Shown here in pieces: positions 41,997 through 57,475 of a DNA stretch of 64,000 nt. Positions within the stretch are counted from its first letter, which is position 1. Every line of letters starts with the position of its first letter. A program made the translations under genes and the position numbers. The notes beneath the pieces are model-generated. The model was given only the letters and a program-made list of their open reading frames with translations, did no database searches and had not been told where the DNA came from. The stretch is from the human T2T-CHM13v2.0 reference genome, Homo sapiens, in the NCBI RefSeq assembly GCF_009914755.1, contig NC_060939.1. One strand, written 5' to 3'.

Positions 41997-42984
41997 TAAA
42001 ACTATTGGAATACATATATTAAATGTTCTTAATCTCTCAAGTTTCCTTCACACTATCGATAAATATCTTCCTCTGACTAAAGGCACACCAAGGGAGAAAC
42101 AGTATTTCCCCTTCTTCCCTCCTGAGGCAGCTCTGAACAATACATAAACTCATATTTTACCCATCTTTTCCCCAATCTTGTTGATGATGTAATTGAGGAA
42201 ATTAAGAAGCCCTGTCTGGTTCCTTGCTCATAGGCAGAGATGAATCTAAACTACGCCTTTCGTCTTTACAAGTTCTTTAGTTTGAAAGTTTTAAAGGGAG
42301 GAACATGGCTAATTCAGCTAAAGGACACAGAGCAAACTCAGAATAAATTCATACTTAAGGAAATACTGTCACCTATAAGTATTTTGCCAGCGTTTTGCTG
42401 TTGACATTGCTTTTTCTAACGGGTTTTACATACTTGATAGGTATTCTATATAATACTTAGAATATTTAAAATGGTGCTTAGTAGTACAAACAAGTTACTT
42501 TATCATAGATGTTTGTAGAATAAATGGAGAGATTTTAGCCCTTCACTTGTAATTCAAGGTTAGCAAAGGGAAGTGTGTTCTATAAATAGTTCTGTTAAGT
42601 TACTGTCTTCTATTGCTATCTTGATTACCAGCTTACTTTGAGAAAGATTGAACAAGATAAGTGATTTTTGTATACCTAAAACTATTCAACAATAATAATT
42701 TGAGTGGTTTAATAAGGATTCTTAATATAAGAAATTGTAATGGGGGTAGATGAGCAAAAATTGGTTGACTTATGGAGATCTCTGCCTTGAGCAGCAATTG
42801 ATTATCTTGCAATATTACAAAAATGCCAGAAAATAATTCTTGATTTTTCACCCTTCTTCTCTATTTGGATTGTGAGAGAAAATATTTTTGAAAATTTTAT
42901 AAAGAAAATATTAGCCTCAACTGAAAAAACCTTTTTTCCTCTTGAATATCAGTATAAATATACAATATCTCAAAACATACCCCC

Positions 42985-43314
42985 ATTGTTGTGTGTCACT
43001 TAATAACGGCCATATGTTTTGAGAAATGCCTTGTTAGGCGATTTCATTCTATTGCTAACATCATAAAGAGTACAGTGCCTACACAAACTTAGATGGTATA
43101 GCTTACTACACACCTAAGGTTGTATGGCATAGCCTTTTGTTCTTAGACTACAAACCTGTACCCTATGACTGTACTGAATACAGTGGGCAGTTGTAACACA
43201 GTGATGAGTATTTGTGTATCTAAACATAGAAAAGTACAATAAAAATACAGTATTATAATCTTCTGGGACCACTGTCATATATGCCTTCCATAGTTGTTAT
43301 GTGGTGCATGACTT
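42985..43314. mobile_element. Tigger3a-like
   Basis: gagaaatgccttgttaggcgatttc...acacaaacttagatggtatagcttactacacacctaagg...ttatgtggtgcatgact. Confidence 0.85.
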
Positions 43315-43467
43315 TATTTACATATGAATTTTCTACCTTTCATCTGCATTAAATTTCTAAAAATAACATTGCATTTACCTTCTCAATCTATAAATTTAAT
43401 TAATTTCCTGGATGTAATTGGATGGGCTTACCAATCATAAGCCAGCACTCATATTCCTCCCCTGAAG

Positions 43468-43793
<326 letters not shown>

Positions 43794-44149
43794 TCCTCCA
43801 CTGAAGTTTTAATTGTGGTGGAGGACTAAGTCTTACTTTGTATCTTGCAAAAGACATGGCACTCTCTATCATTTAGGTAGATTTTTTTTCAACCTATCAT
43901 TTTGGTTTGTATCGAGTTACAATTTTAATGAACATAATTTGCTGCTGTTTGTTTGATTTCTGTATGTACCCATTATCCTCTGGAAACCCACAAGAATGTG
44001 AGTAAAACATGAATATTGGGAAAAATTTATATATGGTGAAATAAGTGTATCTTAAATGTATAACTCAGTAAGCTTGATAAATGCATACACCCATCATCAA
44101 TATCAAGATGTTTATATCATCAAGATATAAAACGTTTCCCTTATAACAT

Positions 44150-44570
44150 GTAGTAGATACAATGGAGGGCTTCCAGCATTGAACACTTACTTCTCCAGCT
44201 GCTGGAAGTGTTGGTGAATGACTCACCAAAGTTGCTTTTCAAGAGTTACCCTCTGCTAAAGAGAGCCATGTTGACCGTGGTCACGTCCACTTTCTGGGGG
44301 CTGCCTATATCCACTTTCTGGGGGCCGTGGGATGGAGGGAGAGGTATAAAGGTCTTGGCCCACTTGCAGCAATTTGGGACAGTTCTCAAATGTCATCCCA
44401 GCTCCAGAACTTCCCATGTGATCAGTTGAGGCATTTGTTGCTATGTAGTTCAATTCATCTTCTCCCTCTACCCCTTTGTGCTTCCTTCAACTCATAGGTT
44501 GAGCATGAGAGAGCATTTTTCAGTGGATTTATTTTATAGATACTTCCGTCTGCTTCCCAGGAACTACCCA
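44150..44570 (+). mobile_element. ERVL LTR (LTR16-like) nested in L1M
   Basis: ggtataaagg (TATA 44345-44350)...catcccagctccagaacttccc...tctccctctaccc. Confidence 0.6.
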
Positions 44571-46724
44571 GCAGCACTCCAGAAAGATGTCTCATGTCTG
44601 CTTCCAGTCAACCCTTACCTACTCCAAACAACCATTGTTTTGATTTCTGTCACCATAGATTAGTTTCGTTACTTCTGGAATTTGCACATTGATGGAATGA
44701 AATAGTATGTCCTCTTTTGTGTCTGGCTGCTTTTGCTCACAAGATTTATCCACGTTGTTGTGTGTATTAGCAGTTTGTTCTTTCTGTTGCTGAATAGTAG
44801 TATTTCATTGTATCAATAAACCATCATACATTTATCCCCTTGGGTATCTATAGACATTAGGGCTGTTTCAAGTTTTTGGCTATTACAAATAAAGCTGCTA
44901 TAAACAGTTTTGTGTAATTCTGTTTGTAGATACATATTTTCATTTACCGTGAACTGGAATTTCTAGGTCAGAGTTGAGAAGTATTTTAATATTCTGAAAA
45001 ATTGCTTGTTTCCCAGACTGATTTTACTGCGACAGTTGTAGTTGCTCTGCATTCTCTCTAATTCTTGTTCTAATTGATATATTTAGTTTTGTAACATTAC
45101 TATTTGTTTTCTTTTGCGCCATTAATTATTTTGTGCCTTTGTTTTGCCCTTTCTGACTTATTAATCAAATATTTTTTGTATTCAGTTTTAATTCCTCAAC
45201 GTGGCTTTTTAGCTGGACCTCCTTCAGTTATTTTTAGGGGTTCCTCTAGGAATTACAGTATACAGTCTTATCACAGTTTACTCGGAGCTTATAGTTTACT
45301 ATGTCAATGTAAAATTAAGGATCTTGAAAAGTATTATTCTGTATACCTCTTCCTATTCTTTGTCATACAAATGTTGCAAGGTTTTCAAAACAACTGTAGT
45401 TTCTGCTTTGAACAATCACGTGCATTTTAAAGAAAATAGAGGATAAATCATCTTTATTCGTACTCACATATTTGCCATCTGTATGCTTTCTTTTTTTTTA
45501 TAGTTGTGAATTTTATCTGGTATTATTTTCCTTCAGCCTAAAAACTCTATTTAGTATTTCTTGTAGTTTGGGTTTCTAGTCAGTGATTCTGAGGTGACAC
45601 GAGCATCCTTCATGCTTAAAGGATGTCATTCCTTTATTGTTTCTGATAAGTCTTCGTATCATTTTGCTCTTATGTAATTTATCTTTTTTCTCTCTGGTGA
45701 ATTGAAGATTTCTTTCTTTGCGTTTGCACTTTAGCATTTTTACTATTGGTGCATTGATGAGGTTTGCTTTGTAGTTCTCTCCTACTTAGAGACTGCCGAG
45801 TTCATTGGATCTACAGTTTTTTCACTGATTTGGGGAAATTTTTGCCAGTTTTTTTCTCTTAAATACTTTTGGTACTCTCATTACATGCATTTAGACCATT
45901 TAATGCTATCTAACAGGTAGCTGAAACTATTAATTTTTTCATTATTTTTTGTGCTTTAATATTGAATAATTTTATATTGATGTGTGTTCAGTTTTACTTA
46001 CCATTTCTTCTGCTGCTCCAGTCCATTGTTAAGCTTATCCAGTGAAATTTTCATTTCAGATATTGTGCTTGTCAGTGCTAGAATTTTCTTTTTTTAAATG
46101 GTTTTCTGTCTTAAGAGCCTCCATTTGTTCATTCATTTTGACTGTCTTTTTCTTAAAGTGTTTGAATATTTATAATAGCTGCTTTAAAATCCTTTTCTTA
46201 TTCCACCATCTTTGTCATCCTCGGATATGTTGACTAATGGTCACATTTTTATTTCACCACACATGTAGTAATTTTTAATTTCATATTGGAAAATGTAGGT
46301 GATATGTTGTAGAAGTTTTGGCTTTTGTTAATTTTTGCAGAGTTTTGTTTTTGCTCTGGTAGGTAGTTAAATTATTGGTTGATTATCTTGAGGCATGGTT
46401 TTATGCTTTGTTAAGGCAGGTCTGTAGAAAGCCCAAATTATTTACCAAGCCTTTCTAGTTAGTCTCTGCTGTGGTGCCCAGCATCTGAAATCTGTGATCA
46501 GTTATTTTAGCGTTCCACCTGTTGCTTTTAGTTGGGATTCTTGTATTCTTCCTCACGTTTATGTTGAGAGGTCATAAAGATTGGAGGGGAAATTAAATGT
46601 AAATTTTTGAACCTTCCTCAGCTGTGGCTTTCTGCTCCCTTGTGTTTCCCATCCGTAATTTCCAGTCACATTGGCATTCTCAAATTCTGTTTTCTGGATG
46701 CTGCCTTTTCTGCCTCCTCTTCTT

Positions 46725-46856
46725 CTTTTTTTTTTAAGTAGAGATGAGTTCTTGCTATGTTGCCCAGGCTGTCTCGAATTCCTAGACTTGAAGTGATCCT
46801 CCTGCCTCTGCTTCCCAAAGTGCTGGGATTACAGGCATGAGGCACCACGCCCAGCC
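46725..46856 (-). mobile_element. FLAM_C-like Alu monomer
   Basis: Single left monomer; TSD-like ttttctg(c/a)ct. Confidence 0.85.
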
Positions 46857-46989
46857 TATTTTCTGACTTCTTAAGCAGAGAAGACACTGGCTTTCTGCTT
46901 GTCCAGCCACCACATTGCCATGTTGACTGGGGAGTGCCTTCATTTAACCATATAGATTTGGATCTTACCCAGAGAGTCTGGTTTTGTTC

Positions 46990-47302
46990 TTTGCTTTCTA
47001 GTTTCAGGTCTTATGTTTAAGTCTTTAATCCATTTTCAGTTGAATTTTTCATATGATGTGAGATCAGCATCCAATTTCATTCTTTTGCATGTGGACGTCC
47101 AGTTTTCCCATTGCCATTTTTAGAGACTATCCTTTCCCTATTATGTATTCCTTGTCAAAGAGCAGTTGACCATACACACATGGATTTCTGGGTTCTCTAT
47201 TCTGTTCCATTGGTCTATGTGTCTGTTTTTAATGGCATGACTTTATGTCTGGACCATACTGTTTTAATTACTAGAGCTTTGTAATAATATTTTGAAATCA
47301 GA
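46990..47302 (-). mobile_element. L1M ORF2 3' fragment
   Basis: tttaagtctttaatccatttt...tctctattctgttccattggtctatgtgtctgttttt. Confidence 0.85.
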
Positions 47303-47598
47303 AAGGTTTAGACGTTAATTATGAGAGTTCAGAATTTAGAAATCTACATGACATTAATTTTTGCTTACATATGTACACTCATACATATAACAAATTTGTA
47401 TGAATTTTTTAGTCCATTTCATGAGAACAGTGTGCTAATATCAGGGGTTTCAGTTGAGTACATTCTTGGTGTGATTGCCTTTGTTCTGTGCCTTGGTCAT
47501 CAGTTGTATCTTTTATGAAGGTTGCCTTGCAATGTCATGCCCTTTACCAGGGAGATTGGGAGAGTGAACATAAGTGGATAAGTAAAAAACTATAGCTA

Positions 47599-47931
<333 letters not shown>

Positions 47932-48079
47932 TTAAGTAGCAGTGTCATGTTATTTATAAATACTTCTTTAGTGAGCTTCTTCTGTGTATTCAGCATTGAA
48001 GGTGATACAGAGTAAGAGCTGAATGTGGCCTTTGCTGTTAATTTGAGACATGTTAGATAGTGCTCATGTAAACAGTATA

Positions 48080-48785
48080 ACTTCATCCATTGATGAACAT
48101 TTAGGTTGTTTCCACATTTTTACTATTGTGAATAATGCTGCAGTTGACATGGGAATACAGATATCTCTTTTAGATCCTGATTGTAATTGTTTTGGATAAC
48201 TATCTAGTAGTGGGATTGCTGGGTCATTATGATAGTTCTGTTTTTAATTTTTAAAGCAACCTCCATACCATCTTCTTAATAGCAGCTATACCATTTTACA
48301 TTCTCACCAACAATGTACGGGGGCTCTAGTTTCTCTACATCCTCATCAACACTTGTTTTCTTGTGTATGTGTGTTTTTAATAATTGCCATTCTAACAGGT
48401 ATGAGATTATATCTTACTGTGATTTTGATTCATATTTTCCTGATATGTATGATGCCGAGCAGCTTTTCATATACCTGTTAGCCATTTGTATGCCTTCTTT
48501 GGAGAAATGTCTATTCAAATTTGTTGTCTGTTTTTAAATTGGCTTATTTGGGTTTTTCTGCTGTTGAATTGTAGGGGTTTCTTATGTATGTTGGACGTTA
48601 ACCCCTTATCAAAGTTATGGTTTGCAAATATTTTCTCCCATTCTGTAGATTGCCTTTTCACTCTGTTGTTGACTTTGTTTTGAGTAGCTTTTTAGATTAA
48701 TGTAGTCCCACTTGTCTGTTTTTGCTTTTTTGTCTGTTTTTATTTTGTCACATCCAAGACATTGACAAGACCAGTGTCATGAAGG
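48080..48785 (-). mobile_element. L1MA/MB fragment
   Basis: catccattgatgaacatttaggttg...ggtttgcaaatattttctcccattctgtag. Confidence 0.85.
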
Positions 48786-48821
48786 TGAGGTGCTTAACAG
48801 GATCAGGCACCGCAGAACAGA

Positions 48822-49030
48822 GGTAAATATAACCTGTAGCCCATCACCTTTTTTTTTTTTTTGTAGATAAATTTTATTTGAACACAGCAACTCCCAGTTG
48901 TTTGCATAACGCCTGTAGCTGCTTTGTTGCTAGAGTAGTAGAGTTGAGTAGTTGGTATGGAAGTGATCAGCCCCCAGTTGCCTGAAGTATCTATCATTTG
49001 GCCCTTTATTGCAAAAGTTTGCTGACCTGT
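48822..49030 (+). mobile_element. MER58A-like
   Basis: ttttgtagataaattttatttgaacacagc...ggccctttattgcaaaagtttgctgacc. Confidence 0.7.
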
Positions 49031-50346
49031 GCTATAGAGATCAAAGAAATGAAGAATAAGAGTAAGAGTTATATTTTATGACGAGGACGGCTTTGATGAC
49101 CTGAAAGAGTTTAGTTTTATCCTGTAAACAAATGTTTGCTGAGAGCCTGCTGGGTGTGTGGCATTTGGTTTTGCTGGTGTGATCCAGAAGATGATAGATA
49201 GCAGGAGATTAATTAATGAGTGAGTAAATGGTAAGAAGTGAAGGTGATGAATATAAATTTTTCTTTTGTGAGTATGGAAAGAATTGAGTGGCAGTTTTGT
49301 ACTATGAGGGAGATTTTTAAATATAAGGAAAATATGAAAGGAAAATTTTTAGAGTTCCTCTGAGAGAGGCAGAGTGTGTTGTCATTATAGGAATTAATGG
49401 TCTAAGACTTGAACCAGGGAGTACATGGGCCTCATTACAGGAAATGAATAGAATTGTTTGTGGAATTAAGTTAATAATAGTAATTGCTCACACAGCTGTT
49501 TTTAAATAGCAAATTGTGTTAGGTAATCAGCAAAAATCCATTAAAATGTACTTGATAGTTATGCAGAAACTGCTTTATTGGTACTGACTTATGATCCTAA
49601 TGGGTACCATAAAAACAAAAAACCTTTGCACTTTCACATTGGTATAGTGTTGTATGTTTTTTGTTTAATGTGTAAGTCCATTTGTAATGTTTTCATCTTC
49701 CTTTTCTAACCACCAAACCCAAATATAATTGTCTTGTTCAAGAAGGGCAGCAACATGAACTTTATGAGCTCACAGAGCAATGGGGTGTGTTCGCACTGAA
49801 AAGAGGAGTATCTGTTTGATTGCTTCCCTGTCTTCTTTCCCAGACAGAAGTGGAATATTTTATTGTATGGTTGGATTTAGGTCTACTAATTTGTTTGTTT
49901 TCTGTGTATTCCAACAGTATTTTGTTTTACTGTATCTCCATTCTTTTGGGGTGGGATTTTCTTAGGACTCCTTTTATTAGCTGGCTTTTTTGCAATGCCT
50001 CTGCTTTTTTTTTTTTTTTTTTTTTTTTTTGGTAGCGTCTCTAGGGATGTTAACATACATCATTAACTTCTCAAAGGCTATTTAGAGTTAATATTGTGCC
50101 ACTTCACATAAAAGGCAGAACTCTTGACCTTATTATAGGTCTATTTACTGCCTTCCTTTATGCTATAGTTATCATGTGTATTACATCTGAATGCATTGTA
50201 ACTCTTAGGAGAGAAAATTATTTTTTCTTTCCTAAGCTCTATGTGTTTTGAAGACATTAAAGGAAAAATTAGTCTTTTTATTTATTATATATGATACTAT
50301 TCCCTAGGATGCAGGTCTTCCTCTGATAACATTATCCTTCAACCTG

Positions 50347-50648
50347 GGCCAGGTGCGTTGGATCACACCTGTAATCCCAGCACTTTGGGAGGCCGAAGCA
50401 GGCGAATCAAGCCGGGGTCAGGAGTTCGAGACCAGCCTGGCCAACATAGTGAAACCCTATCTCTACTGAAAACACAAAAATTAGCCGAGTGTGGTGGCGC
50501 ACGCCGGTAATCCCAGCTACTTGGGAGGCTGAGGCAGGAGAATCGCTTGAACCTGGAGGCGGCGGTTGCAGTGAGCTCAGATCGCGCCACTGCACTCTGG
50601 CCTGGGTGACGAGCAAAAACTCTGTCTCAAAAAATAATAATAATAATG
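50347..50648 (+). mobile_element. AluS (Sq/Sp-like)
   Basis: Full dimer; TSD attatccttca(a/g)cctg. Confidence 0.92.
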
Positions 50649-51342
50649 ATTATCCTTCAGCCTGAAGAACTTCTTTTAATATTTCTTATACCAAAGTTAT
50701 ACTGGTAATGAGTTCTTAATTTTCTGTTATTTGTAAAGGTCTTTATTTCAACTCCATTCTTGAAGGATATTTTTGCTGAGTATAGAATTGGTTGATAATT
50801 ATTCTCCCACATCCCCCAACCCCAAGCACTTTAAAGATTTTTTTTTTCACATCTGCTGGCATTCATAGTTTCTGAAGACAAGTTCTTAGTTATTTGAAAT
50901 GTTGTTACTTTCAATGTAGTATGTCACTTTCTGGCCATTTTCAAGCTTTTCTGTATTTTTGGGTTGTCAGCAGCTTGACTATGTTGTGTCTATGTGTGGT
51001 TTTCTTCTTATTTATACTCTCTGGGTTTCACTGAGTACAGTCTTTAATCAGTAAGTTTGTGTCTGTCACTGCATTTGTGAATTTTTTGGCCTTATTTCTT
51101 CAAACACTTTTTTCTACCATATTTTCTTTGTTCTCTCATTATACCTATGTTAGTCTTTTAAATATCTTCCCTTAGGTCTCTGAGGCCCTGTTTGTTTTCT
51201 TTTAATCCTTTTTCTCTTTTTATCAATTGGATAATTTCTGATGATCTCTCATCATGTTCACTTACTGTTACCCCTGTTATCTCCATTTACTCTTAAGACC
51301 ATCCAGGAAATTTCTTTCTAAATTTCAGATATTTAGTTTTAG

Positions 51343-51343
<1 letters not shown>

Positions 51344-51374
<31 letters not shown>
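51344..51374. repeat. (GT)n microsatellite at an Alu tail
   Basis: Direct reading. Confidence 0.95.
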
Positions 51375-51980
<606 letters not shown>

Positions 51981-52799
51981 TAATTTTAGTTTTTTTTAAT
52001 GTTTTCTTTTTCTTCGTGAGATTTTCACTTTTTTTTTTTTTCATTAAAAGCATGTATCTTTCACTTTATTGAGCATAGTTACAGCATCTGCTTTAATGTC
52101 CTTGTCTGAAAATTTTACTTTGGGTCATCTTGCTGTTGGCCTCTGGTGATTATCTTTTCCCTTGAGATTGGGTTACATATTACTGTCAAAGAATTTTGGA
52201 TATTATGAGTGTTATTTGTGGAAATTGTGGCTTATTTTCATGTTCTTCCAAAGAGTTTTGATTTATTTGTTTTAGTGAGCCATTTGCTTTTGGTTAGACT
52301 CATAGCAAAAATTATCTCTTGCCTGAAGTTGGTAGCTGCTCAGATCTCAATTCGGTTCTTTTAGTCTCTGCTACAAACTGCCTTGTGCCTGCCCTGTGAA
52401 TGGTGTTCCAGGACTCAGCCAAAGATGTGGGCAGAGATAAACCAAAAATTTGGGACCTCTCTTTTCTGGCCTTCTCCCTTTTGGGATTCTATCCTCACTT
52501 TCTAGTGACTGTGGTTGTCCTGTCTCTGTCCTCTTTTCCTTCAGGCCAAAAAGACAATGGGGTTTCTGTTGGAATTTTAGTTACTAGAGGTTATTGCTGC
52601 TTGCCTGCAGGAGAAAGCTTTCAGAATGGGAAACTCACCTGTGCTGGTCCCTGAAAGCTGATTAAAAGAGAAACTCACGCATTCTGGTCTCTTCTTTCAA
52701 GTTTATATTTTCATCCCAATCAGCCTGTTTTTGTTTACTCCCCAGAGCCTTTATGTAGTTGATAGCAAGCTAGCTAGCTATTTTCTTTCCGCCAGCCCT

Positions 52800-53055
52800 A
52801 GGATTTATAGTAACTATTAGAAGAGAAAGAACAGTAGGAGATGAGTTCAGAGAGGTGGGAGGCAGAACCTGTAAAACATTGTAGACCATTGGGTTTATTA
52901 GTAATTCTGAATGAGTTGGGAAGCCATTGGTAGGTTTTGAGCACAGGATGGACATGATTTGGCTTGTTTTTAAAAGGTTGCTCTAGTAGGAGGGGCAAGA
53001 AGAAGGGAAAACATTTAGGAGACTATTACAGTAATGCAGGTCAGAGATGATTTGA
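52800..53055 (-). mobile_element. L2 fragment
   Basis: gggaagccattggtaggttttgagcacagga...gacatgatttggcttgtttttaaaagg. Confidence 0.75.
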
Positions 53056-56000
53056 TTGTGTTAAAAATAGCATCAACGTTTTGTTTTTTGTTTTTCCTTT
53101 CTTAAAACTACGTTTGTAGTGCTTCTATGGAAGAAAACACTGGCATTGGTCTTCAGATACAGGGCTTTGGTATATTAGATTGGGAGAATACTTGGTTCTC
53201 AGGTACGTTGGGAGGGCCCTTCCTTCTTTCTAGAAACTTGACAGCTAATTTAGGGGAGTTTTAAAGGTAGCTCAAGAGCCTTTGTCAGTCTTGGAATGTC
53301 TGTTCAGACAGTCAGAACAAGTCCTCAAAATACAGTGACCACCATATCACTATATAGTTCCCATTAAACAATTCCCAAGTCGACCCCTGGGAACGTATTA
53401 CTTTCAATTCCTGGCCATCAGGCAGTTTCTGTTTTTCTTAAAGAGATAGACTTGGCATTTCCTTTTGGCCCTGTACTCTTACTTCTTTGATTAAATCAGT
53501 CATTGGGTTTTCCTTTTGTATCTTTACAGGGCATTTGTATCAGGGTGATATAGCTAGTAACAATAATATAGCAAAATCTATGTATGAAAGTCATTTTCAA
53601 AATTAGTCATTTTTTTGAATGAAATTTGCCATGTGTTCATTACCTTATTGTACTGTACTGTGGCACTAAAAACTTTAATGGAACATCTGTACTTGTAAAT
53701 CTTTGGTTTCAACAGTGCCAAACAAAAATTCTGATTGGATTATTAAAGATGACCGGAAAGGGTGATTCCTTCTAATCTTTCCACCGGACTTACTTTCTTA
53801 CATATGTGTTTTTTAGACTGTTTTATTTGACAATTCACTGCACAGAACCTAAATTTTTTATAAGTAAAAAAGTCTATAACTAATGTTATATACTTTAGAT
53901 GAGGTAGCATGTTTTAACTTCTATTAAATTCCCTTGCAATTTTAATATTTTCCTAGCTTTTCCCTTTTTTACTAATGTGTAGCATAATAAAGCACTTGTT
54001 ATTATATTCTAACTGATCCTATTTCACAATGAATGTCTGGGAAAATACATTTATAGATTTATTTCATGAGTGTCTAAAATGTGAAAAATACAATAAAAAA
54101 TCTTGGTGTTGGTTTTTTAGGTGTATATTAGTTTACAATTGATTGCAGCCTTTGAGTCTTCTCTAAAGGAATATCCTTACTCTACAAATAGAATTGAATA
54201 AAGACACTATTAAAAATAGACACATTCATAGCTTTGATTATCTGATATAGCTATCTCTAGTCAGAATTCTTTCATCAAATCATTTATTGGATCCCCCTAC
54301 AGCAGATGGCAATCCTGCAAAATATGTTATGTTTCCCTTATTTATGACAGTGCTGAGATTTGATATTTTTGGAGTACATTTTACTTTCTAGAATAAAAAT
54401 TTGATTTCAGTGCTACTAAAGGCAGAGTGCACATGTGCACCAGCGGGTGGGGGGAGAAAAAGAGAGAAATGTGTATGTGATTTTCCCTGTGCCCTTGCTC
54501 CCAACTGTATGTGTGTCTCTTTCCCACAGGGATGGGCTCTCATTTATGATACCCTAGCAGTATGGCCAGATTGAATTGCTTTTCTTACTGCTTTTGCTGC
54601 AGGGACATCCTAACCATTTCTCTCATTCTTGTATGCTGTCTCCCTGTTTCATCCTTTCATTCTTTCTTGGGTCATCAGACTCACCACTACTAACTGAAAA
54701 TATTTTCCCATTTCCTGTCTTATTTCTCACTTTACCCTAGTCTTGGTTCAGGGTGGCGGAGTCTTTAGTGATAGGTCTGGTAGTGGCAAATGGGCAGAGA
54801 AGGAACTGGTGTTCATGTCAGCAGGTTTGTTCCTAATTCTTCCCTTTTACTTTCAGGCAGGTCTTGCCTAAGTCTCACCAATTCTTTAATGATGGTTTAC
54901 TTACTCAAACTCTGCAGTGTTAACAATAATTTGTTTACAGGGCTCATATGTGGTGGGGGGCTGGGGGGAGGGTGGAGGGAAACACAATAGGTGCTTAGGG
55001 CATAGAAAAGCATCTCCTCCCACCAAAAAAAAAAAAAAAAAAATTCCAGTTTCCAGTTTTTGCTAGTGGATCAAAACCTAGAGATGCCCATAGGACTCTG
55101 GTGGCTTGATGAAAGGGAAGAAGTAGGAGAGAGGCTGTGGGATAGTTTTTGATTGACACTAGAAAGAAAATACTGTTATTCAAATACTAAGATGGGAGTA
55201 GAGCATAAGAAGGTAGTCTAAATCTGTGTTCTTCCTAGAAAAGGGAGTAATGGCAGATGTTGGACTTGGCCAAGAAGTTTACCTGTTCCTCTAAGAGTCT
55301 TATACTCTGAAACCTTAAAAACTTGAATTTTACCTTTCTATTCCTTCTTTAAGGTATCAGCCTTTTAGGGAACTGCCTGTATATATAGTAATTTATGATT
55401 GCTCTTAGTTACTTTTCTTGTTAAATGTTTTCACAAAAGAAAGAGGCGGATTGCTTTTGTTAAGTTCACAAACTGTTGTTTTTAGATACGAGGTCTAGAA
55501 TTTAATGTTCCTTACTGGAAAATACTAAGTTAAAACAGCATGCTTTTAAAAATGGAGCTCATAGAATCAGAATATATTACATTTGACTTAATTGATTCCA
55601 TTCAGAAAACCAGGTACTAAGAGATTATCTATATAAAAGGTTAACAAGGAAAAAAATAATTTACGTCTTTCTGTTATTGATCACCCCTTTTAATCCTGTT
55701 GAATAGAAATGGAAAAAATTTATTAGAAAGTCAAATAAGGCTCAAAAGTGTTTCTATCATTAATTATTGCTGAACTTTCTCTTACATCTGCCATTTTGGT
55801 TTATGAGTCAAGGAACTAACTTCTCTGAAATTGTTGAATTCGCATGCATATACTAGAAATGGGAATGATGAAAATAATATGGGAATGATAATTCAGAAAT
55901 AACAGGAAAAATGTCACTTCTCATCACTGTATTGCAACTGTGGTGTATTTTCTTGTCAATAGGTATTTTTTTCAGATTTTGGTCAATTTGTATAATATCT

Positions 56001-56531
56001 GTGTTAAGTTTTATCTTCTGTGTGTAATTTCCTTTTTCTGCTTACCTTGGTCTTATGGCTGAAGCTTTGGAAAGTTTATTATTCCTGTCATATTTCTGTG
56101 TTTGTACAGCCATTGTCTTTAGCAGAAAGGAGTCATTGATTCTAAAAGATGACTCTTGCCTTTGTCAGTGCCAGCCACGACCTTTTACTCAGAGTCTGGA
56201 TATGTTAACAATAAAACTACAGAGCTTGAGTTTAAAACCTAGCCAGATTCTTGTTATTCTATAGCATTCTTTGAGCCCCTTGTCATTTCCAGTATCAGTG
56301 GTATGTACTACTCTTTAGCTGGTGATGCCATCACCCAATTAATTACCATTTTATTTCATTAGTCTTTGCTTTTTCTTTATTTTATAGAAGTAGAGTCACT
56401 TGATGAAAATTGAATATGTAGTTTCACATAATTTTGTGTGTCTCTTGAATTTTGCTTGAGATGTTCTCTGTAACTGGCACCCATCTTTCCTCTCTCTCTG
56501 TTTTTACAAATGTATTTAAAATACATGCAAA

Positions 56532-56843
56532 GCTGGGCATAGTGGTTCACACCTGTGATCCCAGCACTTTAGGAGGCCATGGAGGGAGAATCGCTGGAGG
56601 CCAGGAGTTCAAGACCAACCTAGGCAACATAGTGTAAGACTCTGTCTCTACAAAATAAAAAAAAAAATTAATGATTAGCTGAGCATTGTGGCATGTTCCT
56701 ATAGTCCTAGCACTGAGGAAGCTGAGGCAGGAGGATCACTTGAGCCCAGGATTTTGTGGTTGCAGTGAGCTATCATCATGCCACTGTACTGCAGCCTGGA
56801 TGACAGAACATGAACGCTGCCTCTAAATGAGATAAAAATTAAA
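56532..56843 (+). mobile_element. AluJ
   Basis: Full dimer; TSD-like aaaataca...aagc. Confidence 0.88.
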
Positions 56844-57044
56844 ATACACATAAGCCTCATATTTATTAGTCATTTGATATAAGAAAATATGAAGTCATAA
56901 AAAGACTAAGTTATGGTTTGATTATTTTCATCAGGACAAGATTCATCGAAATCACTTACCATTATATGTTCAATAAAAGTGATTTTTTAAAATACAACTT
57001 TTCATAAAATTATATGCAGTTCCATATATTAGTGGATTTTGTAG

Positions 57045-57475
<431 letters not shown>

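Larger units (their letters stand above)
44020..46930 (-). mobile_element. Old L1M (ME/MC-type) relics
   Basis: accattgttttgatttctgtcaccatagattag, tggctattacaaataaagctgctataaac, ccagtgaaattttcatttcagatattgt. Confidence 0.65.
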
